Source: the human T2T-CHM13v2.0 reference genome, Homo sapiens
Direction: 5' to 3' (one strand)
Assembly (NCBI RefSeq): GCF_009914755.1
Contig: NC_060940.1
DNA: 64,000 nt
Shown: positions 1 to 14,437 of the stretch, piece after piece
How the letters are laid out: each line of letters opens with the position of its first letter
Position numbering within the stretch: the first letter of the stretch is position 1
Made by a program: the position numbers and the translations under genes
The notes under the pieces: model-generated
Told to the model about the DNA's origin: nothing
Seen by the model: the letters and a program-made list of their open reading frames with translations, nothing else
The model's database searches: none

Positions 1-318
1 TTAAAGTATGCAATTTGATACGCTGTACATACACATGTCCCCTTGAAATCATCGGCACACTCAAGACAAGGAACAGACTCATTATCCCAAAAGTTCACTC
101 AGGCCTGGCTTTCATCCCCCCACCTGCTCTTCCTTGTTGCACCCCACCTCCAGCCCCGGCAATCACGGGTCTGCTTTCTGTCACTGTGCGTTAGTTTGCA
201 TTTTCTAGAATTCTATAAAAATGGAATTACATAGTTTGTATTTTTTTTTTGGTGGTGGTAGTGGGGCGGGGAGGTGTCTGGCTTCTCTCACTGAACACAG
301 GTCGTCTGTGTTGCAGTG

Positions 319-674
319 TGCTGTGGTCCAAATGTATCCCCCCAAAAATTCACACGTCGGAACTTAACCTCCAAGGTGATGGTACTAAGAGGTGGGGCCT
401 TGCGAGGTGATCAGTCAGGAGGGCTCCACCTGGGAGACTGAAGTTGTGCCCAGATAGACGGGCTTCAGGGAGTGAGTTAGTCCCTTTGTGGTTCCTTCTG
501 CCATGTGAGGACAAAGCAAGAGGTACCATCTGCAAAGCCGAGAGCAAAAGCCCTCCCCAGACACTGAACCTGCTGGTGCCTTAATCTTGGAGAACTGTGA
601 GCAATAAATTTCTATTATTTATAGGTCACCCAGTTTAAAATACATGGTTATAGCAGCAGGAACTGACTAAGACA
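319..674 (+). mobile_element. MaLR solo LTR, MLT1A-like
   Basis: TG...CA ends; 'ggtgatggtactaagaggtggggcc', 'gccatgtgaggacaaagcaag', 'agaactgtgagcaataaatttct', 3' end 'gactaagaca'. Confidence 0.85.
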
Positions 675-844
675 TAGCATGAATCGATTGTTCATTCTAT
701 TTCTTGCTGAGTAGCATCACATTATATGCATATACCACAATTTCTTTATCCACTTACCTTTTAGTGTTGTTTCTGGGCTTTGGTGGTTACAAACAGAGCT
801 GCTCTGAACATCTGTGTACAAGCATTTTCATGAACAGCATGTGC

Positions 845-1442
845 TGTGGTAGGCAGAACGTCCTACCTCTCCTCCCTCCGGGATGTTTGTGCTCTTATCT
901 CTAGGACCTGTGGATATGTTACATTATATGGCAAAAAGAATTCATATAATTAGGGTTATGGACTTTATGATACGGGGGCTGTCCTGGGTTATTTGGGTGG
1001 GCCCAATCTAATCACACAAGACTTTAAAGGTAGAGAAGCTTCTCTGGCTGGAGAGAGAGGAGGCAGAAGGGGAGAGAGAGGAGGCAGAAGGTCAGAGAAG
1101 GACTCAATGTGTCATTGCTGGGTTGAAGATGGAGGGAGCAATGTGATGGGGCATTAGGGCCACGTAAGGAACTGACAGCCAGCAAGGGAATGGAGACCCC
1201 ACACCAAGAGCCCCAGGAACTGAACTCTGCCAGCGACCTGAACAAGGTTGAAGTGGATTCTTCCCCAGGGCTTCCAGAGAAGAACACAGCCCTTGACTTT
1301 GGGCTTGTGAAACCCTGAGCCAAGAACCCCACCAAGCCTGCCTGGCCTTGAGACTCAGGCACAATGAGATAATAAATAGGTGCTGTTTTAGCTGCTAAGT
1401 GTGTGTGGTAATTCATTACGGCAGCAATAGAAAACTAATACA
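845..1442 (+). mobile_element. MaLR solo LTR, MLT1E-like
   Basis: Starts 'tgtggtaggcagaa', ends 'gcagcaatagaaaactaataca'; internal 21-bp tandem duplication at 1050-1091. Confidence 0.85.
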
Positions 1443-1815
1443 TATGTATTCATTTCTCTTAGGTAAACGCCTAGGAGGGGGATGACTGGGTCATATGGTA
1501 GGGGCATGTTTCACTTTTTGAGAAACTTCCAAACTGTTTTTCGAAGTGGTTGTACTATTTTATACTCAGGGTATGTGGGCTCCTGCTGCTCCACATCCTT
1601 GTCAATACTTGGTAGGGCCAGTCCTTTAAATTTTAGACGTTTTTTTTTTAACATGGAATTTTAGACATTGTGGTTTACCTTGCGTTTCCCTAATAACTAT
1701 GACATTGAGCTTCTTTTCACAGGCTTATTTGATTTCCATATATTTTCTTTGGTAAAGTGTTTATTTAACTCTTTTTGCCCACTTAAAAAAATTGCATTGT
1801 TTTCATATTATTGAG

Positions 1816-2135
<320 letters not shown>

Positions 2136-2402
2136 TGAGTTTTGAGAGTTCTTTATATATTTTTGATACAAACCTTTTATCAGGTAGGTAATTTGTAAAT
2201 GTTTTCTCCCAGTCTGTGGCTTGTCTTTTCTGGTATTAACAATGTTTCTCAAAGAAAGAAGTTATTAATTTTGATGAAGTTCTTGGTTTGTCAACTTTTT
2301 TCTCTTACGGGCCATGCTTTGGTGTCATATGTAAGAAACCTTCACTTAACCGAAGATAACAAAACATTTCTCCTGTGTTTTTTCTAGAAATTTTATAGTT
2401 TT

Positions 2403-2768
<366 letters not shown>

Positions 2769-5700
2769 TCATACAATGCATGGATTTTAAGTTTAGTTTT
2801 TTCTTTTTTTTTGAATGTAGATATAGATGTTTTCTAGCACCATTTGTTGAAAAGACCACCTTTCTCCACTGAATTGCCTTTGCACCCTTGTCAATAATCA
2901 GTTGGTCAATATACAAGTGGGTCTATTTCTGAACCCTATTCTGTTCCATTGATGTACTTATCTATCTTTATACTTATGCCACACTGTCTTGATTACTATA
3001 GCTTTATAATTAGTTTTGGAACTAGATAGTGTAAGTCCTCCAGCTATCTTCTTCTTTCCCAGGGTTGTTTTGGCTATTCAAGGTCCTTTGCATTTTCATA
3101 TACACTTTAAAATCAGCTTGTAAATTTCTTTAAAAAAAAAAACATGTATTTTAATCAGGATTGTGTTGAAGAGTCTTCTGACTCATGAACATGGTACATC
3201 TCTTCATTAATTTAGGTTAGCCCAGAAATATTTTGTAGTTTCCAGTGTACATGCTTGTATATCTTTTGACTGATTTGTCCCTAGGTTTTCATATTTTTGA
3301 ATAGTATTGTCAATGGTATTGTTTTTAAATTTCAATTTTGGATTTTGCTAGTATGTAGAAATACAACTGATTTTTGTATATTGGTCTTGTAACTTGCAAT
3401 CCTGCTAAATTCACATATTAGTTCTGCTAGCTTTGTTGTAGATTTCACTAGATTTTTGACATGAAGCATCATGACATCATGTCGTCTTTCCTCATACTGA
3501 AGCCTTTATTTCTTTTTACTGCCTTATTGCACAAATTAGAAGAATGTTTAGTAAAATGTTGAATAGAAGTGGTGAGAGTGGACATCCTTGCCTTTTTCCT
3601 CACCTTAAGACAAACTATTTCGTCTTTCGCTACTTAGGGTAATGTTATCTTAAATGCCCTTATCAAGTTGAGGAAGTTTGTTTCTTCCTCAAATTTGTTG
3701 AGAGTTTTAAAAATAAGAAGTGATGCCAGATTTTGTTAAATGCTTTTGCTGCATCTATTGAGGTGATCATATGGTATTTCTTTTTATAGTCTGTTAATAT
3801 GGTAAATTAGCTGTTGACTTTTCTATGTTAAACCAACCTTATATTCTTGCAATAGCCTCTGCTCCATAATATTGTCTTATTCCTTTTATATATTGTTGGG
3901 GTTTCCCAATGTTTTTATATTATTGGGCTTAATTTGCTAAAACTTTGTTAAAAACTTTTGATCTATATTCATGAATGATATTGGTCTATCATTTTCTTTT
4001 CTTGTAATGTCTTTTTCTATTTTTTAGTAGAAACAGGGTCTCACTAAGTTGGTCAGGCAGGTCTTTATAGGACATTTACAAGACATTACAAGAAAAGAAA
4101 TGGTTTTGGCATTAAAGTAATACCAGTCTCATAAAATGAGTAGGAAAATATTCCCCCCCTCTTCAATTGTTATGAATAAATTTGTGAAGAATTGACATAA
4201 TTTCTTCCTTAAATATTTAGTAGAATTGATAAGTGAATCCATTTGAATCTGATGCTTTCATTCTGGGAAGGGTTTTAACTGCAAAAAGCCTGTCTTTAAT
4301 AAATGTATGGATATTCAGATTTTTTCTTTGAGTGAGCTTTGTTTGTGTTTTTCAAGAAATTTGTCAGCTTCACTCAAAGTGTCAAATTTATGGAAATTGT
4401 TTATAATTTTCCCTTATTATACTTCTACTATCTGTAGAATTTATGTTAATGTTACCTCTTTCATTTCTAATTTTGGTAATTGTGTCTTCTCTTTTTTTTT
4501 CCTTGTTAGTCTGGTTAGAGGTTTATTAATATTATTGATCTATCAAAGAACCAGTTTTGGTTTCTTTGATTTTGGTATTGTCTTCTAGTTTCTATTTCTT
4601 TCATTTCTGATCTTATCTTCACGATTTCCTTCCTTTTGCTTGTGTTGGTTTTACCCTACTCTTCTTATTCTGGTTTCTTAGGTGGAAATCAGGTCATTCA
4701 TTTGGGCACTTTTTTCTTTTTATTAGATGGGTTGGATGCTCTACATTTCCCTTGAAGTTCTGCCTCAGTATCATTACTCAGATTATGATACGCTGTGTTT
4801 TCATTTTCATTCTCTTTAACATACTTTCTAACTCCTATTTTCATTTTTCATTTGACCCATATGTTATTTAGAAGTGTGTTAATTGCATTCTAAATCTTAG
4901 ATTTTTCTGGAGATCATTTTGTTATCAAACATTTTAATTTCGTTGTGGTCAAAGAAAATACATCGTATGACTTAAATTATTTTGAGTTTATTAAAACTTG
5001 TTTCATGACTCAAATATTGTTTACTTTGGTAAACATTCTGCATGCACTTTCAAAGAATGTGTGTTATGCTATTGTTGGATGGAGTGTTGTATGAATGCTG
5101 GTAGATCGCATTGTGTGATAGTGGTGTTTAGGTCTTCTGTATCCTTGCTTATTTTTGTTATTCTGTAAATTACTGAGAGAGGGGTGCTGAACACTCTGAC
5201 AATAGTTGTGAAAGTGCCAGTTTTCTTTGCAGTTCAGTCATGTATTTCAAAGCTTTGTTATTAGGTGGATAATACATAGGCTCATATGGCCTCTTAATGA
5301 ATAGACCCCTTAATCTTTATGAAATGGCCCTTTCTCCCTGGTCATATTCTTGCTATAAAATTTACTTTGTCAGATATTAATACGGCCACTCCTGCTGTCT
5401 GCGGTGTTAGCATAACGCTGTGTCTCTCCTGGCCCTCCCCACCTGCCTGTGGCACTTTTAACCTATTTGTTTCTATACATATTTAAAGTGAGTTTCTGAT
5501 AGTCAGACTAAAGCTGGGTCCTGCATTTTTATTCAGTCTCACAATATCTGCTTTTTCAGTGTTTAGGTCATTTATTTTAATATAATTGTTGACATGGTTG
5601 AGTTTCAATCTACCAATCTGGAAGATATTTTCTATTTGTCTCTACTGTTCTTTGTTCCTTTTTCTTTCTGCCTTCTTTTAGATGGAATATTATTTTAATG

Positions 5701-6025
5701 GTACACTTATCTCCATTGCTGGCTTATTAGCTTTAACTCTGCTGTGTTATTTTAGTGGTTTGTTGTATGCATATCTAACTTATCACAGCTTACTCTCAAA
5801 TGTTCTTCCACTGCTTCCCATATAGTATAAGAAGTCTTTCCTTCTTACCTTTGTTCCTCTTTACCTAATATTTTTTCCCCCTCTGGTTGCCTTTAAGATT
5901 TCATCTTGATCACTAGTTTTGAGTAATTTGATTATCATGGCCTTGTGGTTTTTTTCATTTCTTCTGCTTGATATTTGTGGAGCTTCTTAGATCTGTGGGT
6001 GCTGAGTTTTCATTACATTTAGGGT

Positions 6026-6306
6026 TCTTTTTTTTTTTTTTTTTTGAGATGAAGTCTCGCTCTGTCGCCCAGGCTGGAGTGCAGTGGCGCCATCTCGGCT
6101 CACTGCAAGCTCCGCCTCCTGGGTTCACACCATTCTCCTGCCTCAGCCTCCTGAGTGGCTGGGACTACAGGCGCCCACCACCACGCCCAGCTAATTTTTT
6201 TGTATTTTTAGTAGAGATGGGGTTTCACCATGTGAGCCAGGATGGTCTCGATCTCCTGACCTCGTGATCCGCCCTCCTCGGCTTCCCAAGTGCTGGGATT
6301 ACGGGC
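6026..6306 (-). mobile_element. AluY, slightly 5'-truncated
   Basis: Diagnostic 'gcaagctccgcctcc', 'ccattctcc', 'aggatggtctcgatctcctgacctcgtgatcc'. Confidence 0.93.
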
Positions 6307-6446
6307 AAATTTAGGTATTTTTTAGACATTTCTTTAAGCATTTTTTTCTATACCCTCCTCCCCATCCTAAGGGCCTCCAATGACACATATGTTAGGGTGC
6401 TTGATGTCCCACACCTCACAGATGATCTGCTCACGTTTTTCAGCCT

Positions 6447-6746
6447 TGTTTTTTTTTTTTTTTCCCTTAGACAAGGTCTCACTCTGTTGCTCAGGCTGGA
6501 GTACAGTGGCACAACTACGGCTCACCGCAGCATCAACCTCCCAGGCTCAAGCCTCCCACTTCAGCCCTCTGAGTAGCTGGGACTGTCGGTGCACACCACC
6601 ATGTTTGGCTAATTTTTCTAGTTTTTGTAGAGATAGGGTCTCACTATGTTGCCCAGGCTAGTCTCGAACTCCTGGGCTCAAGCTATCCTCCCACCATGGC
6701 CCCCCAAAATGCTGGGATTACAGGCGTGAGCCACTGTGCCTGCCCC
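6447..6746 (-). mobile_element. AluJ
   Basis: 'gggtctcactatgttgcccaggct...ctcctgggctcaag'. Confidence 0.92.
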
Positions 6747-7049
6747 ATTGCTTTCAGTCTTTATTCTCTCTGTGTATTATTCAGATCGTGTCTCTTTCTA
6801 TTGTCTTCAAGTTCACCAACATTTTCTCATGCACTTTAGAAAAGAGGGCATGGAAGAAATCATATCCTAAGTGGATAGTCAAGGAGAAGGGGCTTGGTGA
6901 AGGCCCTGTCTGGACACCTTATTTGTTAAGGTGTCTTCATTAAGGTTAAGCTTGCTGATGCTAGCTGGCCATGGAGAAGCTGCAGATTGGCTGTCCGGAT
7001 GTGTTTTTAGTGGCGTTTCTAGTGAAGCCAGGTTCTGAGTTGCATGCAG

Positions 7050-7385
7050 GAAACCATCATCCTCAGCAAAGTAACACAGGAACAGAAAACCAAACACCGC
7101 ATGTTCTCACTCATAAGTGGGAGTTGAACAGTGAGAACACATGGACACAGGGAGGGGAACACCACACACTGGGGCCTATCAGGGGGTGGGGGACAAGGGG
7201 AGGGAGAGCATTAGGACAAATACGTAATGCATGCAGGGCTTAAAACCTAGATGACGGGTTGATGGGTGCAGCAAACCTCCATGGCACATGTACACCTATG
7301 TAACAAAGCTCGACGTTCTGCCCATGTATCCCAGAACATAAAGGAAAATAAAAAAATAAAAATACAAATAAATAAATAAAAGAAG
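7050..7385 (+). mobile_element. L1PA 3' end (approx. L1PA7/8), 5'-truncated
   Basis: 'caaacaccgcatgttctcactcataagtgggagttgaac...gggtgcagcaaacc...' followed by A-rich tail. Confidence 0.93.
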
Positions 7386-7489
7386 AAGGTAGAAATAGAA
7401 TCGGGGTAGGGGGTCTCGTAGCAGACTCACACACCTGCAGGGAGTTTGGAGGTCACGTCTCTCATCCCTTTGTTTTAGATGTAGTTAAC

Positions 7490-7810
7490 CCCAGCTAGTG
7501 CTCATTAAGTGCTTGCCTCCAGCAACTCTCGAATCCTCATAACAAGCCTATTATAGGGGACTCTTATACCTATTTTGCAGGTGATAAAACTGAGGCACAG
7601 AGAGGTTGAGTAACCTGGTCAAGGTCATTCAGTGAGAAGCACCAGAGCCCGGATCTGAGCCTTGGTGGTCTGGCTCTGAAGCCCCTGTTTTGATCCACCC
7701 CACTGTCTGGCACCTAGAACCCCACTTTGCATATGAGGATATTGAGGTACAGAGAGGGGAAGTCACCTGTCCAAGACCACAGAGTGAGTGCCTGTTGGAA
7801 CGGAGGCTGT
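7490..7810 (-). mobile_element. MIR fragments
   Basis: 'tgcaggtgataaaactgaggcacagagaggttgagtaacctggtcaaggtca' and a second core at ~7725. Confidence 0.75.
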
Positions 7811-8325
7811 GGCTGCAGCAGCACCTGGCCATGCCTGGGAGTGACTGCTTTCCATTGATCTCGGTGCTTGGGGCCCATCTTCTTGGTGGCTGGTGAGCAC
7901 TTGAGGTCAGAGATCTGGGGCTGTGGACACAGTGGGATCCTTTGGGGTGACAGTTAAGGGCCTTGACCACCCCATTTCCTGGAAGCAGCATCAGCTGCCT
8001 GAGTGTCTGTTGGCTCCTATGTAAGATGGGGACATCACACCACGTCCCTGAGGGTTAAATGTGACCACGCAAGGGGAGGGTGTAGCTCAGAGCCCAGGGC
8101 CTTGGCAAGCACAGTCAACAGCAATCACCAGAACCCCGCAGCAGGGTTCCCCTGCCTCCCCCGAGCTCCACTGAGGTCTGGATTCGCAACCCTCCAGCTG
8201 CTTTTCCTTATTTCCCTTTTCCTGTGGTCTATGCTCCTTCCAGAGAACAGACAGCTTCACCCATCCTTCGGCAGGGAGCATTTTGAGGGAGAGCTGCCAC
8301 CATTTTCATTCCTAAAGATTAAAGA

Positions 8326-8620
<295 letters not shown>

Positions 8621-8976
8621 TTAAAAACACATGCAAACAAACAAAACCCTGCTCTGAGGTCTCCTGGCCATTTCCTCTTTCAAAGGTGCACATCGAAACC
8701 AGAAGATGAATCAAAACGTTGCTGGTGGAGTCTAGAAAACTCCAATCCCAAGGATGAGGAAGAATGTGCTGAGGTGTGGAAGAAGCTGCTTTGTGGCTGC
8801 TTCTGGTTTTGGGTCTCTGCTCTATGACAGTGAGCCATTGTGAAACGTCCTTTCCCCAGAGGGCGCCTGGGCCACTCCCATGGCTCTTGGGCCTACAGTT
8901 TGGCCAGGGGCTCTCCTGGTGGGAACACCTTTGAACATATATTTTCTGAAGTTTCCAGTAGAATCACAAGACTTCA

Positions 8977-9129
<153 letters not shown>

Positions 9130-9729
9130 ACTTCAAAGTGCTACCCAAACAGCATGCTTCTGAACATTGATTCTAAGACCATCGTCGTAGCCGACCTAGA
9201 CGGTGGCTGCAGAGATGTTGGAAGCATCGCCTAGGTTATGTCAGGTATATTGGACAGGTGTGCTCATGTGCTCATTCGCGTCCTCTAAGAAGCAGACACC
9301 AACAGAGGATTAGATGCACCAGAGATTCCTGGGGGAGCTGGTGCCAATAATAACAGGCCATACGTGCCAGTTGCCATATGAAGCAGGATATCCTGTTTCC
9401 CTTTCCACTTGGGAACCATCAGGAGTGGGAAGCTGAGTCTCTTTTTCCAAGCGTTTAATTCTGATTTACTGTAAAAGTCCCTGACTGAATTTTATCATTG
9501 CTGAATGGCTCCTGTAGGGGAATGCTGTAAGGGGGCATAAACAGCACATCATGTGATTTCTACTGAGAAAAGGGAAACACACCATTGGTTGGATGACAGA
9601 AATGACGCTGCATGGCTTTTTCTTCCTTAAACCTGTGGAATCAGATTCTTCCAGGGCCCGAGTTATTCCTGGTTCTAAGTTAGGAATCTTTAGAAGCCAC
9701 ATGAACCTTGAAACTGAGAACTAGTTAAG

Positions 9730-9900
9730 TGATTCATTTAACAAACATCTGTGGAGCACCTGTGTGTCAGACCCTCTTAGATGCAGAAGATGCAGAAATA
9801 AACTAGACACAAATTTCTCCCTCTGGGAGCTCCTCTTCTAGGAGCTAAAGATGGACTACAACAAATACCCAAGCCACGCACAAAACAGTAGACAAAGGAA
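9730..9900 (-). mobile_element. L2 3' fragment
   Basis: 'ttcatttaacaaacatctgtggagcacctgtgtgtcag'. Confidence 0.7.
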
Positions 9901-9904
9901 AGCT

Positions 9905-10318
9905 GTATTAAGCTATTCTTGCATTGCTGTAGAGAAATACCTGAGACTGGATAATTTACAAAGAAAAGAGGTTTAATTGGCTCATGGTTCTGTGGGGTGT
10001 ACAAGCATGGCACTGGCATCTGCTTGGCTTCTGGGCGGGCCTCAGGGAGCTTTTACTCATGGCAGAAGGTGAAGCTGGAGCAGGAACGTCACATGGCAGG
10101 AGTGGAAGCAAGAGAGAGAGAGTGAGGGGAAGTGCCACATACTTTTAAACAGCTAGTACTCACTCACTATTGTGAGGACAGCACCAAGGGGATGGCATTA
10201 AACCATCCATGAGAAATCCACCCCCACGATCCAATCACGTCCCATCAGGCCCTACCTCCAACGTTGGGGATTACAATTCACCATGAGATTTGTGGGGGAC
10301 AACATCCAAACTATATTA
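9905..10318 (-). mobile_element. MaLR solo LTR, MSTA-like
   Basis: 'tgtattaagctattcttgcattgct...aagaaaagaggtttaattggctcatggttctg...catgagatttgtgggggacaacatccaaactatatta'. Confidence 0.9.
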
Positions 10319-10789
10319 GGAGGTGACTGGGCAGGCCATTGAGGTTCCCAAGGACGTGAAAGGGGTTTGGTTGGGAAAAGCCTCCAGGAGGGGTTGTCTG
10401 AGCTCAGTAGCCATGATCCTAGGGCCCCTCTTCTATGGAGTGGCTGCTTTCAGAGGTTCTGGTAGAAATTCTCTGGACTCTGTGGTCTGCTTTTGGACCA
10501 CAGAAAGGTGGTTCCATGAGAAGAACCAGCCTCACCTGTTGTACCCTGGGCACTGTACTGAGTGGGATGGGAAAAGGCCCCCATCCTAGCCTCTGACCTG
10601 GAGTGTGGCTGGGGGGTTCAGAAAGTACAGTGGGTCCCAGCTCACGGAGGCAGCTATGGTTTAGAAGTTCATGCTCCTTGCTGAAGTCCTCAGGGATAGG
10701 GAGAAAACTAAGTGAGATGTGAGAAGCACATAGCCCAGTGGCTGGTATGTCACAAGCACCAGTAAAGGACAATGATCAATGAATTGGAT

Positions 10790-11985
10790 TGTTATCATTA
10801 ACCAAATGAGCGCCACCATCATCATCAACAACACCATAATCATTGTCACATCATTACCATCACCATCATCGTATTATCACCATCATCATCACCACCATCA
10901 TCAGCATCATCATCACCATCACCATCATCACCCTCACCACCACCATAATCATTGTCACACCATCACCATCACAATTATAATCATCATCATCATAGTTGTC
11001 ACCATCATCATCACCATCATCACCACCATCACCACCACCATAATCATCGTCACATCATCGCTATCACAATTATCATCACCATCATCATAATCATAATCAC
11101 CACCATCATCACCATCACCATCATCACTACCACAGTAATTATTACATCATCAACATCATTATCACCATCACCACCATCATCACCATCATCATCACCATCA
11201 TTATTGTCACCACCATCACCATCACCACAACCATGACCATGACTGCCACAATAATTATCACATCTTCATCACCATCATTATCACCATCACCACGATCATC
11301 GTCACTATCATCACCACCACCATCATCATCACCACCACTGTCACCACTATCACCAACACCACCGCCATAATCATTATCAAATCATCACCACCATCACCAT
11401 CATCACCATCGTCATCACCACCATCATCACCATCTTCATCATCACCATCATCACCTTCACCACCATCATCACCATCATCATCACCACCATCACCACCATC
11501 ATCACCATCTTCATCACCATCATCACCTTCACCACCATCATCACCATCTTCATCACCATCATCACCTTCACCACCATCGTCACCATCATCACCACCATCA
11601 CCACCATCATCACCATCTTCATACCATCATCACCATCTTCATCACCATCATCACCTTCACCATCATTATCACCACCATCATCACCATCATCACCTTCACC
11701 ACCATCATCACCATCATCATTACCACCATCACCAGCATCATCACCATCTTCATTACCGTCATCACCTTCACCACCATCATCACCATCTTCATCACCATCA
11801 TCACCTTCACCATCATCATCACCACCATCACCACCATCATCACCATCTTCATCACCACCATCACCATCTTCATCACTATCATCACCTTCATCTTCATGTT
11901 TATCATTATCACCATCATCTTTATCACTCTCATCATCACCACCACCATCACCGTCATCATTACAGTTATCATTGTCGTCATTATA
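10790..11985. repeat. ~1.2-kb (CAT/CAC)n low-complexity triplet array with a 39-bp higher-order core
   Basis: Continuous cat/cac triplets; unit catcatcaccatcttcatcaccatcatcaccttcaccac recurs at ~11420-11870. Confidence 0.97.
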
Positions 11986-12559
11986 CAAACAGACATGGCC
12001 TTGCTTGCTACCTTTTTAAGCCAGCTCTCCAGTCTTAGGTGAAGAGTTACAGGGAGCAGTGGGGTAGGATTTATGCAGTAGAAAAAGTAATCAAGTTCTT
12101 AGGACAATGATATTTAGAGGGTAGGGTGAAGTAATCTTTTGGATTTTAATCCCTACCCTGATTGTAATGAAATCAGTAGGTGGCAATACAGGGCCTCTGA
12201 CCATCTTCATGATTGCCCCTCAATTGTGCTCAGGGATGGCAAAGCTGTTATTTCAGACAAAATCTGATGATAGTTTTGCCATGAAATAATTGCTCTTTTG
12301 AGGAAGTCTCAGTCTTGGCATCTTCATAAATAGCTCCCATTTCTTTACCAGAATAATCAGGTGTTGTTTCAGAGACAGGCATAGCTATTCTGTGGATTCC
12401 AGCAGTCTTTCTACTTCATCCATGGACAGTTTCGCAATTGCCAAACTCTGAGCCTTCCTTCTAAAGATTATGGGTTTAAAAGTATGCCTCATCCATTTGA
12501 TGAAACTGGCACTTCAACTGATTCAACCTCAAGGGGAGGCAGCATCACTTAGCAAACGG

Positions 12560-12740
12560 GCATAAAATGAGAAGCCACAGCTCAGGGGTGAGCCCTGGCT
12601 TTGCTGCTGCAGATGTGGATCCTTGGGCAAGGCACTCTTTGAACCTCAGTTTCCTTATACAAATGAGAATAATAACACATTGATCCAAATTTCACAGGGC
12701 TCTTATGAGGCCAACAGGAATGCATAAGACCTTCTGAAAT
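12560..12740 (+). mobile_element. MIR
   Basis: 'ccttgggcaaggcactctttgaacctcagtttccttatacaaatgagaataata'. Confidence 0.7.
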
Positions 12741-12760
12741 TAAAGCACCAGCATTAGTTA

Positions 12761-13099
<339 letters not shown>

Positions 13100-13696
13100 T
13101 CAAGGCAGTTCAAAGGCAGTGCCTTCTGATAGAACTTAGGGTGATGATGGAAATGTTCTGTAGGTCAGAATCAACCATGGTCTAGGGAGGACAGCCATCC
13201 ATGTAAGAAATACGCCAGTTCCACGTGGGGCCTCCTGGTTGGACAGAGAAGGGTGGAAATTCTCAGGGGAGGAGGGTTTTCATCACAAACCATGGTCTGT
13301 ACAAATTAAGAAATCTTGGGCTTACCTTAAAGAATGGTAGAACAGTGAAGGAGTTGGTAATCAGATGCAGAAAGATCCTTTGCTATGACTATTTGGAAGC
13401 CCTCCCTGGTGCCCCCACAGTCTGGCCCACTGTGAACCATGAGGTGCCAGAGCACTCACTGCCCCGTTCCTTGTCCTTGTGACTGCTCTAGGTTTGCTGT
13501 CAACTTCCCACGCCCCTCTGTCTTGTCTCTCTAACCTCACTTCCCAAGACAGGGCTTTGTCTCCTGGGAACTCCTTGTATCAGCCGTGGGGCCTGGTCTG
13601 ATGCAGTGCTCATGGTCACTGTTGGCATGAGAAAGTCATGTTTCTTAGCCACCAGGAAGACAATGGGTCAATCACGTGAGAGAAGCAAGCCAGATG

Positions 13697-13960
13697 GAAT
13701 GCCTTCAGCTGCAGGAAACAGAAGATTCAACCCCAGCTGGGGTGAGCTACCAGGGGTTTATCAACGTACATCACAAGAAGTTCCAAGGTAGAGAAGCTCT
13801 GGGGTTGGTCATTCGGCAAGCCAGTGACATGGTGAATAGCTGAGGCTCTTTCCATTTTTAGTGCTGCTATTCTCAGCATGTATTTCTTGGATATCTTCCC
13901 TCCTGGGCCCAATACGGCTGCCCTGGCTCCAGACCTTGCAAGCAGGCACAACAATCTCCA
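13697..13960 (-). mobile_element. Ancient MaLR LTR fragment (MLT1K/L-like)
   Basis: 'gaatgccttcagctgcaggaaacagaag...cacaagaagttccaaggtag...ggctgccctggctccagac'. Confidence 0.6.
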
Positions 13961-14423
13961 TTGCGTTCCCTGGCTAGAGAGTATGCGATGTGTGGCGTGG
14001 TACCATAAAACCCGTGAAATAACAGCAGAGGCATCACGATAACCTCTCAACATCTGTGTGACAAGATCGCCTCCGGCTTCCTAATGTTTTGTAGACATTA
14101 ACGTGTCTCAGAAGCCATTTGGGCCCAAAGCTCTACTTCACAGACGAGGAAACAGGGTCGGGGAGTGAAGGGTTCTGCCTAGGCTGCACGGAGAATCTGA
14201 CAGATGTGGCTGCTTAAGGTCAGGTGGCGGGGTTGCATTAGAACTCAGGTTTTCTGACTCCTGTCTAATTAAGATGCTCCCTTTTTCTGAATTCTATTGA
14301 CTGGAGTGACTGGAGCATCTCTCCTAAACAGCAGCCATCGCTGTCAGCCACCTGGTCCCAGATGGGAAACTTGCTGTTTTGCGGTTCTCAGGGAAGCTTC
14401 ATGGTTGTGTCCCTGGGGCACTG

Positions 14424-14437
14424 GCTCCCTCTAGTGA
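14424..14437 (-). promoter_or_regulatory. CTCF motif, reverse orientation
   Basis: Minus strand TCACTAGAGGGAGC, a good but imperfect match to CCASYAGRKGGCRS. Confidence 0.5.

Noticed and set aside
8851-8866. Weaker CTCF-like sequence (tccccagagggcgc); similar one at ~46490
   Set aside because: Mismatches at informative 5' positions; expected by chance.
10779-11996. Poly-His, Asp/Gly and Met/Val ORFs
   Set aside because: Artefacts of the CAT/CAC repeat, open in several frames on both strands.
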